A stretch of 64,000 nucleotides of DNA, taken from the IMG/VR virus record IMGVR_UViG_2974531088_000001, positions 6,708 through 70,707 of that record. One strand, written 5' to 3'. Shown one piece after another: positions 27,369 to 36,400 of the stretch. The position numbers and the translations under genes are program-made. Under the pieces are notes generated by a model, which worked only from the letters and a program-made list of their open reading frames with translations, had not been told where the DNA came from and ran no database searches. Within the stretch, counting starts at the first letter, position 1. Each line of letters opens with the position of its first letter. The DNA comes from a virus. Its lineage: Duplodnaviria > Caudoviricetes.

Positions 27369-28777
27369 TTGCCCCCGGCAGCGAGGTGGTGCGCAAACGA
27401 AACCACCAGCTTGGCAAGGTGCTAGGGCTTGTCCCGGGCGGCTATGAGGTCATGTGGGCCGGGTCCAAAGCCATTACCTATGAAGACGAACACACCATTG
27501 AATTGCGATTCCCCGACGACGAAAGAGAACCCATGGAAAGCTTGAAAGTCATTGCCCTGCAAGCCGAGAACGTCAAGCGCCTTACCGCCGTATCCCTCAG
27601 TTTTGACGGCACCTTGCAAGTCATTGGAGGGGACAACGGCGAGGGTAAATCCTCAGTCCTGGATGCCATTTGGTTGGCCATTGGTGGCCGTCAGGCTGTC
27701 AGCGAGACTAAGACCGTTCGGCCCATCCACGACGGCGAGGACGTGGCCACGGCCACCGTGGACCTTGGCGAAATCATCGTGACCCGGACGTGGAAACGGG
27801 GGAAGGCTGGATCCGTCAAGGTCACCACCCGGGAAGGGGCAGAACACAAGTCGCCCCAAGCGATCCTTGACGCCCTCACGGCCAACGTGGGCATGGACCC
27901 GCTCGCGTTCACCCAGCTATCGGACAAAGCCCAAGTAGCGCAGTTGCTTGAGCTTGTGGACCTTCCTTTCGTCCCGGCTGAGTTGGACGCCCGGTATGAC
28001 GAAACGTTCAAGGAACGGACGGCCGTAAACCGCCGTGTTGAGGAAATCACAGCGCAGCTTTTGGCATTCCCGCAGCCCCCGGAAGGTCTGCCGGACCAAG
28101 AGATCGACGTCGCGGACTTGGTGGCTGAATTGCGCCGGGTGGACAACCTCAACCGCGATTGCCACCGCGCCGAAATGGACTATCAGGAAGCCATAGCCAG
28201 CCGCCGCTACTTCGAGGAACAGCTGGAAGCTGCCAAGAAAGCAGAGGCAGCCGCCGCGCTCGCGCTGGACCACAAGCGCAGCGAGGTGGAAACGTCCCCC
28301 AACGTGGAAGGACTCCAAGGCAAGCTGGACACCGTGGGCGAAACGAACAAGGCCGTGCGTCTTGAGAACCAGCGGCGTCAAGGCGTCAAGCTGCTGGCAC
28401 AGCACAAGGCCAAAGCTCAAGAGCTCACGGCAACCCTGGAAGGCATCAAGGACCAGCGGCGCGAGGGACTGGCGCAAGCCAAGTGGCCCATTGAGGATTT
28501 GGGCTTTGACGCTGACGGCCTGACCTACAAGGGCGTGCCTTTCAAGCAAGCCTCAAGCGCTGAACAGATCAGGGTGAGCATGGCCATGGCCATGGCACTG
28601 CAGCCCACCCTCAAGACCCTGTTCATTCGCGACGGCTCACTCTTGGACGGCAAGAACATGGCCATGGTGGCGGATTTGGCAGCCAAGCACGGCTTCCAAG
28701 TGATCATGGAACGCGTGGGCGACCAGGACAAGGGCGCAATCATCATTGAAGACGGAACAGTAAAGGCAGCATCCTAA
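27365..28777 (+). CDS. Rad50/SbcC/RecF-like ABC ATPase with coiled coil (possible main start 27533)
   Basis: Walker A GDNGEGKSS, coiled coil, signature-like ASSAEQ, Walker-B-like FIRDGSLLD. Confidence 0.85.
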   Translation: MIAPGSEVVRKRNHQLGKVLGLVPGGYEVMWAGSKAITYEDEHTIELRFPDDEREPMESLKVIALQAENVKRLTAVSLSFDGTLQVIGGDNGEGKSSVLDAIWLAIGGRQAVSETKTVRPIHDGEDVATATVDLGEIIVTRTWKRGKAGSVKVTTREGAEHKSPQAILDALTANVGMDPLAFTQLSDKAQVAQLLELVDLPFVPAELDARYDETFKERTAVNRRVEEITAQLLAFPQPPEGLPDQEIDVADLVAELRRVDNLNRDCHRAEMDYQEAIASRRYFEEQLEAAKKAEAAAALALDHKRSEVETSPNVEGLQGKLDTVGETNKAVRLENQRRQGVKLLAQHKAKAQELTATLEGIKDQRREGLAQAKWPIEDLGFDADGLTYKGVPFKQASSAEQIRVSMAMAMALQPTLKTLFIRDGSLLDGKNMAMVADLAAKHGFQVIMERVGDQDKGAIIIEDGTVKAAS

Positions 28778-28779
28778 CC

Positions 28780-29034
28780 ATGACACTCAAAGTTGACCCG
28801 GCAGAGGTTCCCCGGTTGCTGTCCGCTGTGAAGCGCGGCACCGCGCGCAGTGGACGGCTAAGGGCGCAAGCTGAGGCACGCTATAAGCGCGACCTTGCAC
28901 GGGCCAACGAACCCCGCCGCAAGGCGGTTATAGCGGCACGGGACGCCGGTATCAAACGCGAGGAAATCGCGGCTGCTGCTGGCGTCTCAGTGCCCCGCCT
29001 TTACCAGATCATTGAGGGTTCGCAGGACGAATAA
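28780..29034 (+). CDS. HTH DNA-binding protein
   Basis: GIKREEIAAAAGVSVPRLYQII. Confidence 0.75.
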   Translation: MTLKVDPAEVPRLLSAVKRGTARSGRLRAQAEARYKRDLARANEPRRKAVIAARDAGIKREEIAAAAGVSVPRLYQIIEGSQDE

Positions 29035-29051
29035 AACGTCAAGGGGGGGAC

Positions 29052-29081
29052 TTGGTAAATGTCAGCCCCTTGGCATAAGGT
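29052..29081 (+). promoter_or_regulatory. SigmaA-type promoter for the recombination/replication operon
   Basis: TTGGTA-N18-TAAGGT, followed by ATCGCCACA. Confidence 0.6.
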
Positions 29082-29127
29082 AAACCCGTTAGATAAATCG
29101 CCACAAACTACAAGGACGTGATTCTCT

Positions 29128-29481
29128 TTGGACCCGATCCAAGCCGCCCACACGATCCCGCAATTGACGCGGGAACAGGGCAAAGCTGTTGTGCTGGAAT
29201 CCCTACGCATGACCTATGAAGAACTGCCAGCGGACGCCCCCATTGAACAGACAGCCCGGGCCGTCGCCTTGTTATTGCGTGGCGACGTTTCAGCCCGGGA
29301 CATGGAGGACGCCGCAGCGCTGTGGGTGCTGCGCTTCCAGATTGCCGAACCCACGGGCGACCTTGAGTGGTTGCTGGACCTCCCGAACACGGAAGCCAAC
29401 CGCGAGGCCGAAACCGCAAAAGCTGAGGGCAACCTCATGGCAGCCATTGACGCCATTCTTGACAAGGCTGGCGTCAAGTGA
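29128..29481 (+). CDS. Hypothetical helical protein
   Basis: TTG start with an AAGGA RBS. Confidence 0.65.
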   Translation: MDPIQAAHTIPQLTREQGKAVVLESLRMTYEELPADAPIEQTARAVALLLRGDVSARDMEDAAALWVLRFQIAEPTGDLEWLLDLPNTEANREAETAKAEGNLMAAIDAILDKAGVK

Positions 29482-30431
29482 CGGCGGTTGCTGAGGCAAC
29501 TCAGTACGTCGACCACTCCATCCCCGGACACAAGCCCGGTAGCGAGGAATGGGTGAAATACCTCACGGCCTCCAAAATCGCGGCAATCATGGGCCACAGC
29601 GCCTACGACAGCTATTTCAGCATGTGGCACCGCATGGCCGGGACCATTGAGCCGGACGAAGCCAGCGAGGAAGCCCTGCGAGGCCACTACCTTGAGCCGT
29701 CTATTGCTGCATGGTTTGGCGACCAAATGCCCGGTTACAAGCTGCTTCCAACGGGCATGTGGGTGGCCAAAGACGACCCACGGTTCGCCGCCACCCCTGA
29801 CCGCTTTATGATCCCCCTGGAACGTGGTTTGCCCCTCTCGCTTGGCGAGGTCAAAAGCTCCAATAACGATTGGGAGTGGGGCACCGAGGACACGGAAGAA
29901 ATCCCGCTTGGATACTACGACCAAACACAGTGGCAAATGCGCTGCATCCGTACCTACTACCCGGAAATTGAGGGCGTGCACGTTCCCGTGCTGACCACCG
30001 GGCTGAACTTCGCCAAGTATTACGTCCCATGGGACCCGGACTATGTGGAAATCCTGGAAGCCAAAGCCAACGAGTTCATGGGCAAGCTGGAAGCCGGGGA
30101 AACCCCCAGCATTGACCCGCTGGACGGACACATTCAGACCTACACGGCTATTCGGAAGCTCCACCCGGACATTGACCCCCGCAGCGTGGACATAACCGAC
30201 GCTGAGGCCCGGGCGTTCTTCGACGCCCACGCGCAGGACAAGGAACTTGCCCTAAAGCTGCAAGCCGCCAAGAACGTCATTGCCGCCAAGATGGGCAACG
30301 CCCAAACAGCGAAATGGCGGGGCCGGAAGATATTCACCCGCATGTCCAAGCAAGGTGGCACGCCCTACCTGACCGCAGCCCGGGGACTTCCCACTGCAGA
30401 CCTCTTGAAAGAAATGGAACCCGCCGCATGA
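29478..30431 (+). CDS. YqaJ/RecE-like exonuclease
   Basis: LTASKIAAIMG…RGHYLEP…ATPDR…EVK…YYDQTQWQM. Confidence 0.9.
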   Translation: MTAVAEATQYVDHSIPGHKPGSEEWVKYLTASKIAAIMGHSAYDSYFSMWHRMAGTIEPDEASEEALRGHYLEPSIAAWFGDQMPGYKLLPTGMWVAKDDPRFAATPDRFMIPLERGLPLSLGEVKSSNNDWEWGTEDTEEIPLGYYDQTQWQMRCIRTYYPEIEGVHVPVLTTGLNFAKYYVPWDPDYVEILEAKANEFMGKLEAGETPSIDPLDGHIQTYTAIRKLHPDIDPRSVDITDAEARAFFDAHAQDKELALKLQAAKNVIAAKMGNAQTAKWRGRKIFTRMSKQGGTPYLTAARGLPTADLLKEMEPAA

Positions 30432-31384
30432 CCGAGCAAGCACAGAACCCCGCCGTGTCCCGGGCATTGGTCCAGCAGGAACAAGTCCGTGGCATCCTGT
30501 TGACCTATCGCCGTCAGTTGACCAGCACGCTGCCGTCCCACCTCAAGGACAAGGGCGACGCGTGGCTGTCCAGCGCCATGGCAGCTATCCAGCGTGACCC
30601 CAAGCTCATTGCGGCCACCATTGCCGCCCCCGAAACCCTCATTTCGGCGCTGTCGGAATCCGCCCAAAAGGGTCTTGCCCCTGGAACCCCGGAATACTAC
30701 CTGACCCCGCGCCGGAACAAGGGCCGGGACGAAATCCTTGGTATCACCGGCTATCAGGGTGAGATTGAGCTCATTTACCGGGCCGGTGCCGTGGCCACCG
30801 TGGTGGCTGAGGTTGTCCACGCCAATGACGAATACCAGTATGAGCGAGGCGTCGACCCGCGCCCCGTCCACCGCATCCCGGGCGGCAACTTCGGCAGCCG
30901 CAAGGACCGTGGCGAAATGATCGGCGTCTATGCCTACTGCATCATGAAAGACGGCAGCTACAGCCGTGTCATTGAGCATGGCAAGGACCATATCCAGGAC
31001 GTTATGGCCACGGCCCAAGGTGCGAACAGCGATTACAGCCCGTGGAAGAAATGGCCGGACCAGATGTGGCTCAAGACCGCCGTCCACTCACTCAGCAAGT
31101 GGGTGCCCACGTCCGCCGAGTACATCAGGGAACAGCACCGCGCCGTGGCCGTTGGGACCGCCACCGCCGTGCCGAAAGCCGCAACCGGCACCGCTGGGCA
31201 AGCACCTGTTGGCGACACGCCCCGGCCGGCACCCGCCAATATCAATGACGACCCCAACGCGGGTGGACAATTTGAAGACCTTGGCGAAACTCAGACCGTC
31301 CACACCGGAACCGGCGAGACGTTCGAGAATGACCCAACCGCTGCGTCTTGGGGTCTTGGGGATCCCGAATCGCAGCAAGCATAA
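30428..31384 (+). CDS. recT: RecT single-strand annealing protein
   Basis: …GLAPG…YYLTPR…ITGYQGEIELIYRAG…WPDQMWLKTAV…; adjacent to the exonuclease. Confidence 0.9.
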   Translation: MTEQAQNPAVSRALVQQEQVRGILLTYRRQLTSTLPSHLKDKGDAWLSSAMAAIQRDPKLIAATIAAPETLISALSESAQKGLAPGTPEYYLTPRRNKGRDEILGITGYQGEIELIYRAGAVATVVAEVVHANDEYQYERGVDPRPVHRIPGGNFGSRKDRGEMIGVYAYCIMKDGSYSRVIEHGKDHIQDVMATAQGANSDYSPWKKWPDQMWLKTAVHSLSKWVPTSAEYIREQHRAVAVGTATAVPKAATGTAGQAPVGDTPRPAPANINDDPNAGGQFEDLGETQTVHTGTGETFENDPTAASWGLGDPESQQA

Positions 31385-31416
31385 CCGCCACAACGAACAA
31401 AGGAACGATAGTAAAA

Positions 31417-31572
31417 ATGGTCTCTGGGGCTGAAAATCACGTATTGGTGGGAGTCCGCGACTCCCGCACCTGGCCGCGTCACAAGACAAAGGCTGTATCC
31501 CGAAAAGCACGACGGGCAGCCATTGCCCGTGCCGCCCAAGCGAAGCGTGACGCTATCCGGGGTGATCGGTAG
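31417..31572 (+). CDS. Small basic protein
   Basis: GCCACAACGAA leader plus AAAGGA RBS. Confidence 0.55.
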   Translation: MVSGAENHVLVGVRDSRTWPRHKTKAVSRKARRAAIARAAQAKRDAIRGDR

Positions 31573-31574
31573 TC

Positions 31575-31817
31575 ATGGGCGCAACACTGGGAGGGTTGCG
31601 TCAAGGACACGGCACGATCACTGGCACGTCAGTGGGCTTTTCCGGCATGGAATTGCGCATTGCCGACAACGCGTTCCTCAAGTGCTGCCGCCGTTGCGGT
31701 AACACCTATGAGACGCAAACCCGGCGCCAGCCGGTCATGAAGCTTTGCCGGGACTGCAAGGACGTGCTGAGTCCGCAGGAACGGCGCGGGTACATGGACC
31801 GGAGCGTGACGGCATGA
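31575..31817 (+). CDS. Zn-ribbon protein
   Basis: CRRC…CRDC. Confidence 0.65.
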   Translation: MGATLGGLRQGHGTITGTSVGFSGMELRIADNAFLKCCRRCGNTYETQTRRQPVMKLCRDCKDVLSPQERRGYMDRSVTA

Positions 31818-32143
31818 GTGAAACACCGGCCCCACAAGAGGACGCCAAACCTGTTTGGCGCGGCCCTGCACCCCACAGCGTCAACGGTCTTGCCTACCAG
31901 GACAACGAGGCTGAAATACGGGCGGCGTATGTGGAAGCGCTAGAGTCCGTTCGTGAGCTTATGCCACGACGGGCAGAGCTCACAGAGAAGGTCCGTTATC
32001 TGTACGGGCGCACCGAGTACACGCTGAACTACGACGCGTGTAACGGCCTCTCTGACATTCAGAAAGTGGCTTTGGCCTACGGCGGCATACCCCCGTTTGG
32101 TGGGAGTGTGCGAGGCATCCGGGTGACTGTCTTCAACGACTGA
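31814..32143 (+). CDS. Hypothetical protein
   Basis: ATGA overlap with the upstream gene. Confidence 0.65.
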   Translation: MSETPAPQEDAKPVWRGPAPHSVNGLAYQDNEAEIRAAYVEALESVRELMPRRAELTEKVRYLYGRTEYTLNYDACNGLSDIQKVALAYGGIPPFGGSVRGIRVTVFND

Positions 32144-32209
32144 CCCGCTCTACCTCTCACCACACATCACCAAACCGCCGCACGACACACCACCAAAAAG
32201 GGGGACTCT

Positions 32210-32740
32210 ATGCCATTGCAACACGCCATGGAGTCCCCCACTGTGTCGCGCCCACGCTCGCTCAAAAGCGGGGGAAAGACGCCGCCAATGTCAGGCAAGG
32301 ACACACGCGCCTACATCACAGTGACCAATGAACTGTTTGACCATCCCAAGTTCAAGCGCATAAAGAACCCCTGGGCACGGTTGCACCTCATTGAACTGTG
32401 GACCTACTGCAACAGGTACAAGACCGATGGAGTGATTGACGAGGACGCCCTCATGGAAAAGGGCGACGACGTGGGCGAGGAACTGCTCAAGCGGGGATGG
32501 GTCCACGGGCCGAATGCTGACGGTGATTACCAGATGCACGACTACCTCAAGCACCAGAAAAGCAAGGCTGAAATAGAGGGACTGACGCGCCACCGGACCA
32601 CCGCGGCGCAGTACGGCAACCACACCCGCTGGCATGAAGCTAAGGACGTTTTCGAGGCGTCCTGTGGGTTCTGTACCGGCGATTTGGAAGCACCCAAGGG
32701 GAAAACCCGGAAAACCAGCGTTGGCCCTCATTCCAGCTAA
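32210..32740 (+). CDS. Replication initiator-like protein (winged-helix N-terminal domain)
   Basis: YITVTNELFDHPKF…LIELWTYC…TDGVI…ELLKRGWV…YQMHDYLKHQKSKAEI; iterons directly downstream. Confidence 0.75.
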   Translation: MPLQHAMESPTVSRPRSLKSGGKTPPMSGKDTRAYITVTNELFDHPKFKRIKNPWARLHLIELWTYCNRYKTDGVIDEDALMEKGDDVGEELLKRGWVHGPNADGDYQMHDYLKHQKSKAEIEGLTRHRTTAAQYGNHTRWHEAKDVFEASCGFCTGDLEAPKGKTRKTSVGPHSS

Positions 32741-32781
32741 CACACAGCTAATCCCACGCAACACACAGGAAACTCACAGCG

Positions 32782-32940
32782 ACATTTTGAGGGTCAAAAA
32801 CCCCTAGAATCCGCTGATCTATCGCAAGTGCGATCACAAAAGCGATCACAAATGTGATCACAAACCGTATCGCAAACGCATCACAAAACCGTCGCACCAT
32901 AACCAGAACCAGAACCACAACCAGAACCACAACCAACAAA
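32782..32940. repeat. Putative replication origin: 12-bp-period iterons plus 6-bp repeats
   Basis: GCGATCACAAAA GCGATCACAAAT GTGATCACAAAC CGTATCGCAAAC GCATCACAAAAC (32830-32889); (ACCAGA/ACCACA)n at 32902-32935; TTTTGA-GGG-TCAAAA palindrome. Confidence 0.7.
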
Positions 32941-33036
32941 ACAGTGTGGGTCACCTTTCGTACTTGTAGAGGTGCTGAGAGATTCAAAACGTCCAGTTAG
33001 TTAACGCGCGAGCCAGCGCAGAAAGCGAGCAACCCG

Positions 33037-33426
33037 ATGCCCGACATGTCCAACGCTCAATTGGCCCTCATGGCTGCTGCGAGCTACACCACGCCAGAGT
33101 TCGACACCATAGACGGTGTGACCTCAGTAGCGGACTCGTTCCTTATCTGGCTGGACCAGAAAGACGCGAGCTACCAGGCAGCCAGCCGCGTCAAGTGCCC
33201 CACCTGTTCCGCAGCCGCCGGCAACGTCTGCCGCGACCGCTGGAACGGCGTAATGGGAACCATGCACCCTGACCGCATCAGCGCAGCCGCCGCAGCCCCA
33301 CCACGCGGCCCACTGTCCGTGGCATGCGTCTACTGCCTAGCGGGGATAGGCGAACCCTGCAAGGAAGCCAGCGGGTTTGTGTTCGGCGGGTTCCACACCT
33401 CACGAGAACAGGAAGCCACCAAGTGA
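33037..33426 (+). CDS. Double zinc-finger protein
   Basis: CPTCSAAAGNVC and CVYCLAGIGEPC repeats. Confidence 0.7.
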   Translation: MPDMSNAQLALMAAASYTTPEFDTIDGVTSVADSFLIWLDQKDASYQAASRVKCPTCSAAAGNVCRDRWNGVMGTMHPDRISAAAAAPPRGPLSVACVYCLAGIGEPCKEASGFVFGGFHTSREQEATK

Positions 33427-33755
33427 CCATGACCAACAACCAAGCTGCCTTGTTGGCCGCATGCACCGCCAACGCCGGACACCCCCAGTTCGACACGGCC
33501 ATGGCTATCAAGGCCACCAAGGGATTCAAGGCGATCCTTGACGCCATGGACAAGGAAGACGCAACCACACAAGCGGAAGCGAGGGAATCCGCCCTACCAG
33601 CCCACTGCCGCCGCCACATGAGAGAGCAATACACCGACGTTTGGCAACGCGACGCCCCCCAAATACGCAGAACCAAACCCGGCGAAATCTGCCAAACCCC
33701 CGGATGCCACCACCTGGAACCCGCCACAACCAACGAGGAAGACCAAAACCAATGA
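33423..33755 (+). CDS. Hypothetical protein
   Basis: Coupled start/stop; C-x2-CH-like C-terminus. Confidence 0.6.
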   Translation: MTMTNNQAALLAACTANAGHPQFDTAMAIKATKGFKAILDAMDKEDATTQAEARESALPAHCRRHMREQYTDVWQRDAPQIRRTKPGEICQTPGCHHLEPATTNEEDQNQ

Positions 33756-34486
33756 CAACCCACACAAACCCCACAAGCGACACACTCACCCAGACACCCA
33801 TCCACAATGTGCAAAACCCTGTGGAAAACCTCATAAAAGCTATCCAGGCAACGCCGGGTGAGCTTTCCCCAGCAAAAGCACTGGCGTTGGTTCAAGACAC
33901 GTTGGCTGGCCTCACGGAAGTGCTGCCAGAGGAAGCCCGGGAACGGCTGTCCCGGCTCGCGAGGGCTTGGGAAGCATCCACGCCCACCGCAGCGTTGCGA
34001 GACGCTGAGGCGGTCAGGCACCGGCATGACGCCAAGCGCTGGGCTGCTCAAGCGCGAGTGGCTGAGGAAAAGGCCAACCGATTCTTTGCCATGACCCCAG
34101 AGGAATGGCAGCTGCACAAGGCCACCACTGAACTGGAACAAGCCAAAAAGTCCGCAGACCGGCAGGAAGCCCGGGACGGGGCCGTGATGGTGGACATTGA
34201 CACGCACATAACCGACACGGTGCGTGTGGAGCAATCAGAGATGAGGGCAGCCGGCTGGCACCACAACTCCGAGTGCAAGAAATTTGACCCGGACGCCGTG
34301 ACGGACAGTGACGACCGTCTGCAGATGATTGAGGCAGCCCGGGCGCTGCGTGCTGACACCCATTACGCCCTCCAGGATTGGCACGACCGGGCGCACGGCC
34401 TCACCTCGTGGGCGAACTGCCCCAATGAGCCGTGCAAGCTGCTGCCGGAAGCCGCCAAGGTCTTCAAGATCGGTGGCCGGTCATGA
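33752..34486 (+). CDS. Hypothetical coiled-coil protein
   Basis: GAGGAAG RBS; ATGA overlaps. Confidence 0.7.
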   Translation: MTTHTNPTSDTLTQTPIHNVQNPVENLIKAIQATPGELSPAKALALVQDTLAGLTEVLPEEARERLSRLARAWEASTPTAALRDAEAVRHRHDAKRWAAQARVAEEKANRFFAMTPEEWQLHKATTELEQAKKSADRQEARDGAVMVDIDTHITDTVRVEQSEMRAAGWHHNSECKKFDPDAVTDSDDRLQMIEAARALRADTHYALQDWHDRAHGLTSWANCPNEPCKLLPEAAKVFKIGGRS

Positions 34487-34944
34487 GCATTCGAGAGGCT
34501 TACACATGCGCCGGGAAAATCCACGACGCGATAGACGACGGGACACTCAAGAACGTGCGCGTGGTGGAGGTCCGCAGCAACGGCAGCGTTGAGGCATGGA
34601 CCAACTGGGACGGCTTGAGTGGTGGCACCCTGGAAAAGGACGCTGAGGACGTGGCGGAAATCGCTAACCTGTTCCCGGGCGGCAGGTTCCAGCGCATGGG
34701 TCTACAGCACAAGGGCGGGAAGTTCTCCAAGCCCACCGACCGGGCGCGCTACATCAACAACCGGGGCCCCGTGATAGTGATCTTCAACTACTACGTGGCC
34801 CACGAGTGCCGGGACTTCACCGGGCGCGCCGATTTCGGCGGCAAACCCAAATGGTGGTGTGTGTCCTGCAAGAAACCCGTCACCACGACCAGGGCGCGGG
34901 AAATCGGACTCTTGCCCAAGCTCGCGCGCAAGGGCACCAAGTGA
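34483..34944 (+). CDS. Hypothetical protein with C-terminal Zn ribbon
   Basis: HEC…WWCVSC. Confidence 0.65.
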   Translation: MSIREAYTCAGKIHDAIDDGTLKNVRVVEVRSNGSVEAWTNWDGLSGGTLEKDAEDVAEIANLFPGGRFQRMGLQHKGGKFSKPTDRARYINNRGPVIVIFNYYVAHECRDFTGRADFGGKPKWWCVSCKKPVTTTRAREIGLLPKLARKGTK

Positions 34945-35060
34945 GGTGGCTAGCGCGCCTGTTCCGGCGCCATAACTCACGGTCAGCCGGCTGCCGCTAT
35001 TTCTGCTGGTCCTTTGACACGCTGGCTGAGGTCTGCGAAGTCTGCGAGGTGAACAAGTGA
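34941..35060 (+). CDS. 39-aa Cys-rich protein
   Basis: GTGA overlap; C-x3-C…CEVC. Confidence 0.45.
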   Translation: MRWLARLFRRHNSRSAGCRYFCWSFDTLAEVCEVCEVNK

Positions 35061-35233
35061 AGGTTCAGCGGGTCCGGCGCGGCGAGATAGACCCCGATGG
35101 GCTGGACGTTCCCGCTGGCACTGAGGTGTTCGTGACGTGCACCATGGGCGCTATCAAGCTTGTGGAGGACGAATTTAGCGGCGTGCTGTACGTCTCCCAC
35201 ATACGCGGCGGCGTCGTCGTCACGGACGAATAA
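35057..35233 (+). CDS. 58-aa hypothetical protein (MKVQRVRRGE…VVVTDE)
   Basis: Read by hand; GTGA overlap; fills a gap. Confidence 0.55.
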   Translation: MKVQRVRRGEIDPDGLDVPAGTEVFVTCTMGAIKLVEDEFSGVLYVSHIRGGVVVTDE

Positions 35234-35256
35234 CCAAACAATTTGGGGGTGCGAGC

Positions 35257-35283
35257 AAAAACAGGCACGCGCCCCCATAGGTT
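35257..35283 (+). promoter_or_regulatory. Middle-type promoter
   Basis: AAAAACAGGCAC-N9-TAGGTT. Confidence 0.75.
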
Positions 35284-35322
35284 GGAATAGTTCGGTAATC
35301 ACCACAACGAAAAGAGGAAACC

Positions 35323-35412
35323 ATGCCCGTTATCTTGCTTATCCTGGACCTGACCCTTGCCGTGACCGGCTTCATGGCCAACCGCGAGAAACAGCGCAAC
35401 CGCCGCAAGTAG
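35323..35412 (+). CDS. 29-aa membrane peptide MPVILLILDLTLAVTGFMANREKQRNRRK
   Basis: CCACAACGAAAAGAGGAAACC-ATG leader/RBS. Confidence 0.65.
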   Translation: MPVILLILDLTLAVTGFMANREKQRNRRK

Positions 35413-35415
35413 CCA

Positions 35416-35458
35416 CCCCCCCCCCCGGGGCGTGGGCTTCCCCCCTAGCCCACGCCCC
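35416..35458. repeat. C11 run plus perfect 12-bp hairpin
   Basis: GGGGCGTGGGCT-N8-AGCCCACGCCCC. Confidence 0.8.
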
Positions 35459-35493
35459 ACCCCCAGCACCCGCCACAACGAAAGAACCCGACC

Positions 35494-35934
35494 ATGAAAC
35501 TGACCCACCGCGACGCCAAGTTCGACGTCCAGGTCTTGGGCGAGCTCCGCCAGTTCACCATCGAAACCCGCAACGGCGCCGTGATCAGTGTGAGCGAGGG
35601 CGCGGACGGCTCGCTAAGCCTCCACGAGGGAAGCCACCGCAACCTCCGCATTGTGCCCGTAGTGGCCAACAGCGTGCGCATAGACATAGTGGACCCATTC
35701 CTCGAGACAGCCGCCCCCATGACCCCGATAGCGACCGAGGACGCTCTCTCGCGCATCCCGCGCGGGGCCAAGGTCTACAGCGTCCGAACCAAAAGCCTGT
35801 GGGACTGGTGGGGCGCAAACGAACGGCTTGTGGCGAGCAACAACACGGGCTATACAGGCGAAACCTACACAAGCTTTACCGCATTTTGGGCAGCGGAAGC
35901 GCCCCTCCTGCTGGCAGCGCGGCCCAATGACTAA
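35494..35934 (+). CDS. Hypothetical protein
   Basis: GCCACAACGAAAG leader. Confidence 0.7.
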   Translation: MKLTHRDAKFDVQVLGELRQFTIETRNGAVISVSEGADGSLSLHEGSHRNLRIVPVVANSVRIDIVDPFLETAAPMTPIATEDALSRIPRGAKVYSVRTKSLWDWWGANERLVASNNTGYTGETYTSFTAFWAAEAPLLLAARPND

Positions 35935-36211
35935 ACGACGCGCCTACCTCAAAGAACCCATCATTGAGAACCAGGAACAGCTAGACGCCCTCCCGCTAGG
36001 GTCAGTGGTCATTGACAGCTACGGCTACCGAAAGCCAGCGTTCCATGGTGACGTTTACCGCTCAAGTATCAGCGAGGGGGCGTGGGCGTGGTGGCAAGCC
36101 GGACCACAAGGCAAGTTCCAAACCGTCTGTTTCCCCGCCAAAGTCCTCTTGAGGGGCACAGGACCAAACCGCCAAGAACTGATAAAGCAACTCATGGAAG
36201 GCAGCAAGTAA
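35927..36211 (+). CDS. Hypothetical protein (QLDALPLGSVVID motif)
   Basis: Operon coupling. Confidence 0.65.
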   Translation: MTKRRAYLKEPIIENQEQLDALPLGSVVIDSYGYRKPAFHGDVYRSSISEGAWAWWQAGPQGKFQTVCFPAKVLLRGTGPNRQELIKQLMEGSK

Positions 36212-36400
36212 ATGGCTTGGGAATATCACACGGAAGGCAGCCCCGCGCACGTATGGCCGCAAGGGGACACCATCGAACACGACACCACCGACGACAACGG
36301 CGGCTGTATCTGCAAACCCAGGACCGAGGAAGTGCCCCGGGAAGACGGCACAACAGGCCACGTAATCAGCCACAACGCAATGGACGGACGCCCCGAATGA
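36212..36400 (+). CDS. Small His/Cys protein (HDTTDDNGGCICKP…VISHNAMDGR)
   Basis: Resembles a recurrent actinophage mini-domain. Confidence 0.7.
   Translation: MAWEYHTEGSPAHVWPQGDTIEHDTTDDNGGCICKPRTEEVPREDGTTGHVISHNAMDGRPE

Noticed and set aside
32830-32940. Possible CRISPR-like repeat array
   Set aside because: The repeats are short, tandem and have no spacers; no cas genes are present.
32748-32987. Hydrophobic minus-strand ORF (LLVVVLVVVLVLV)
   Set aside because: An artefact of translating the origin's 6-bp and 12-bp repeats.
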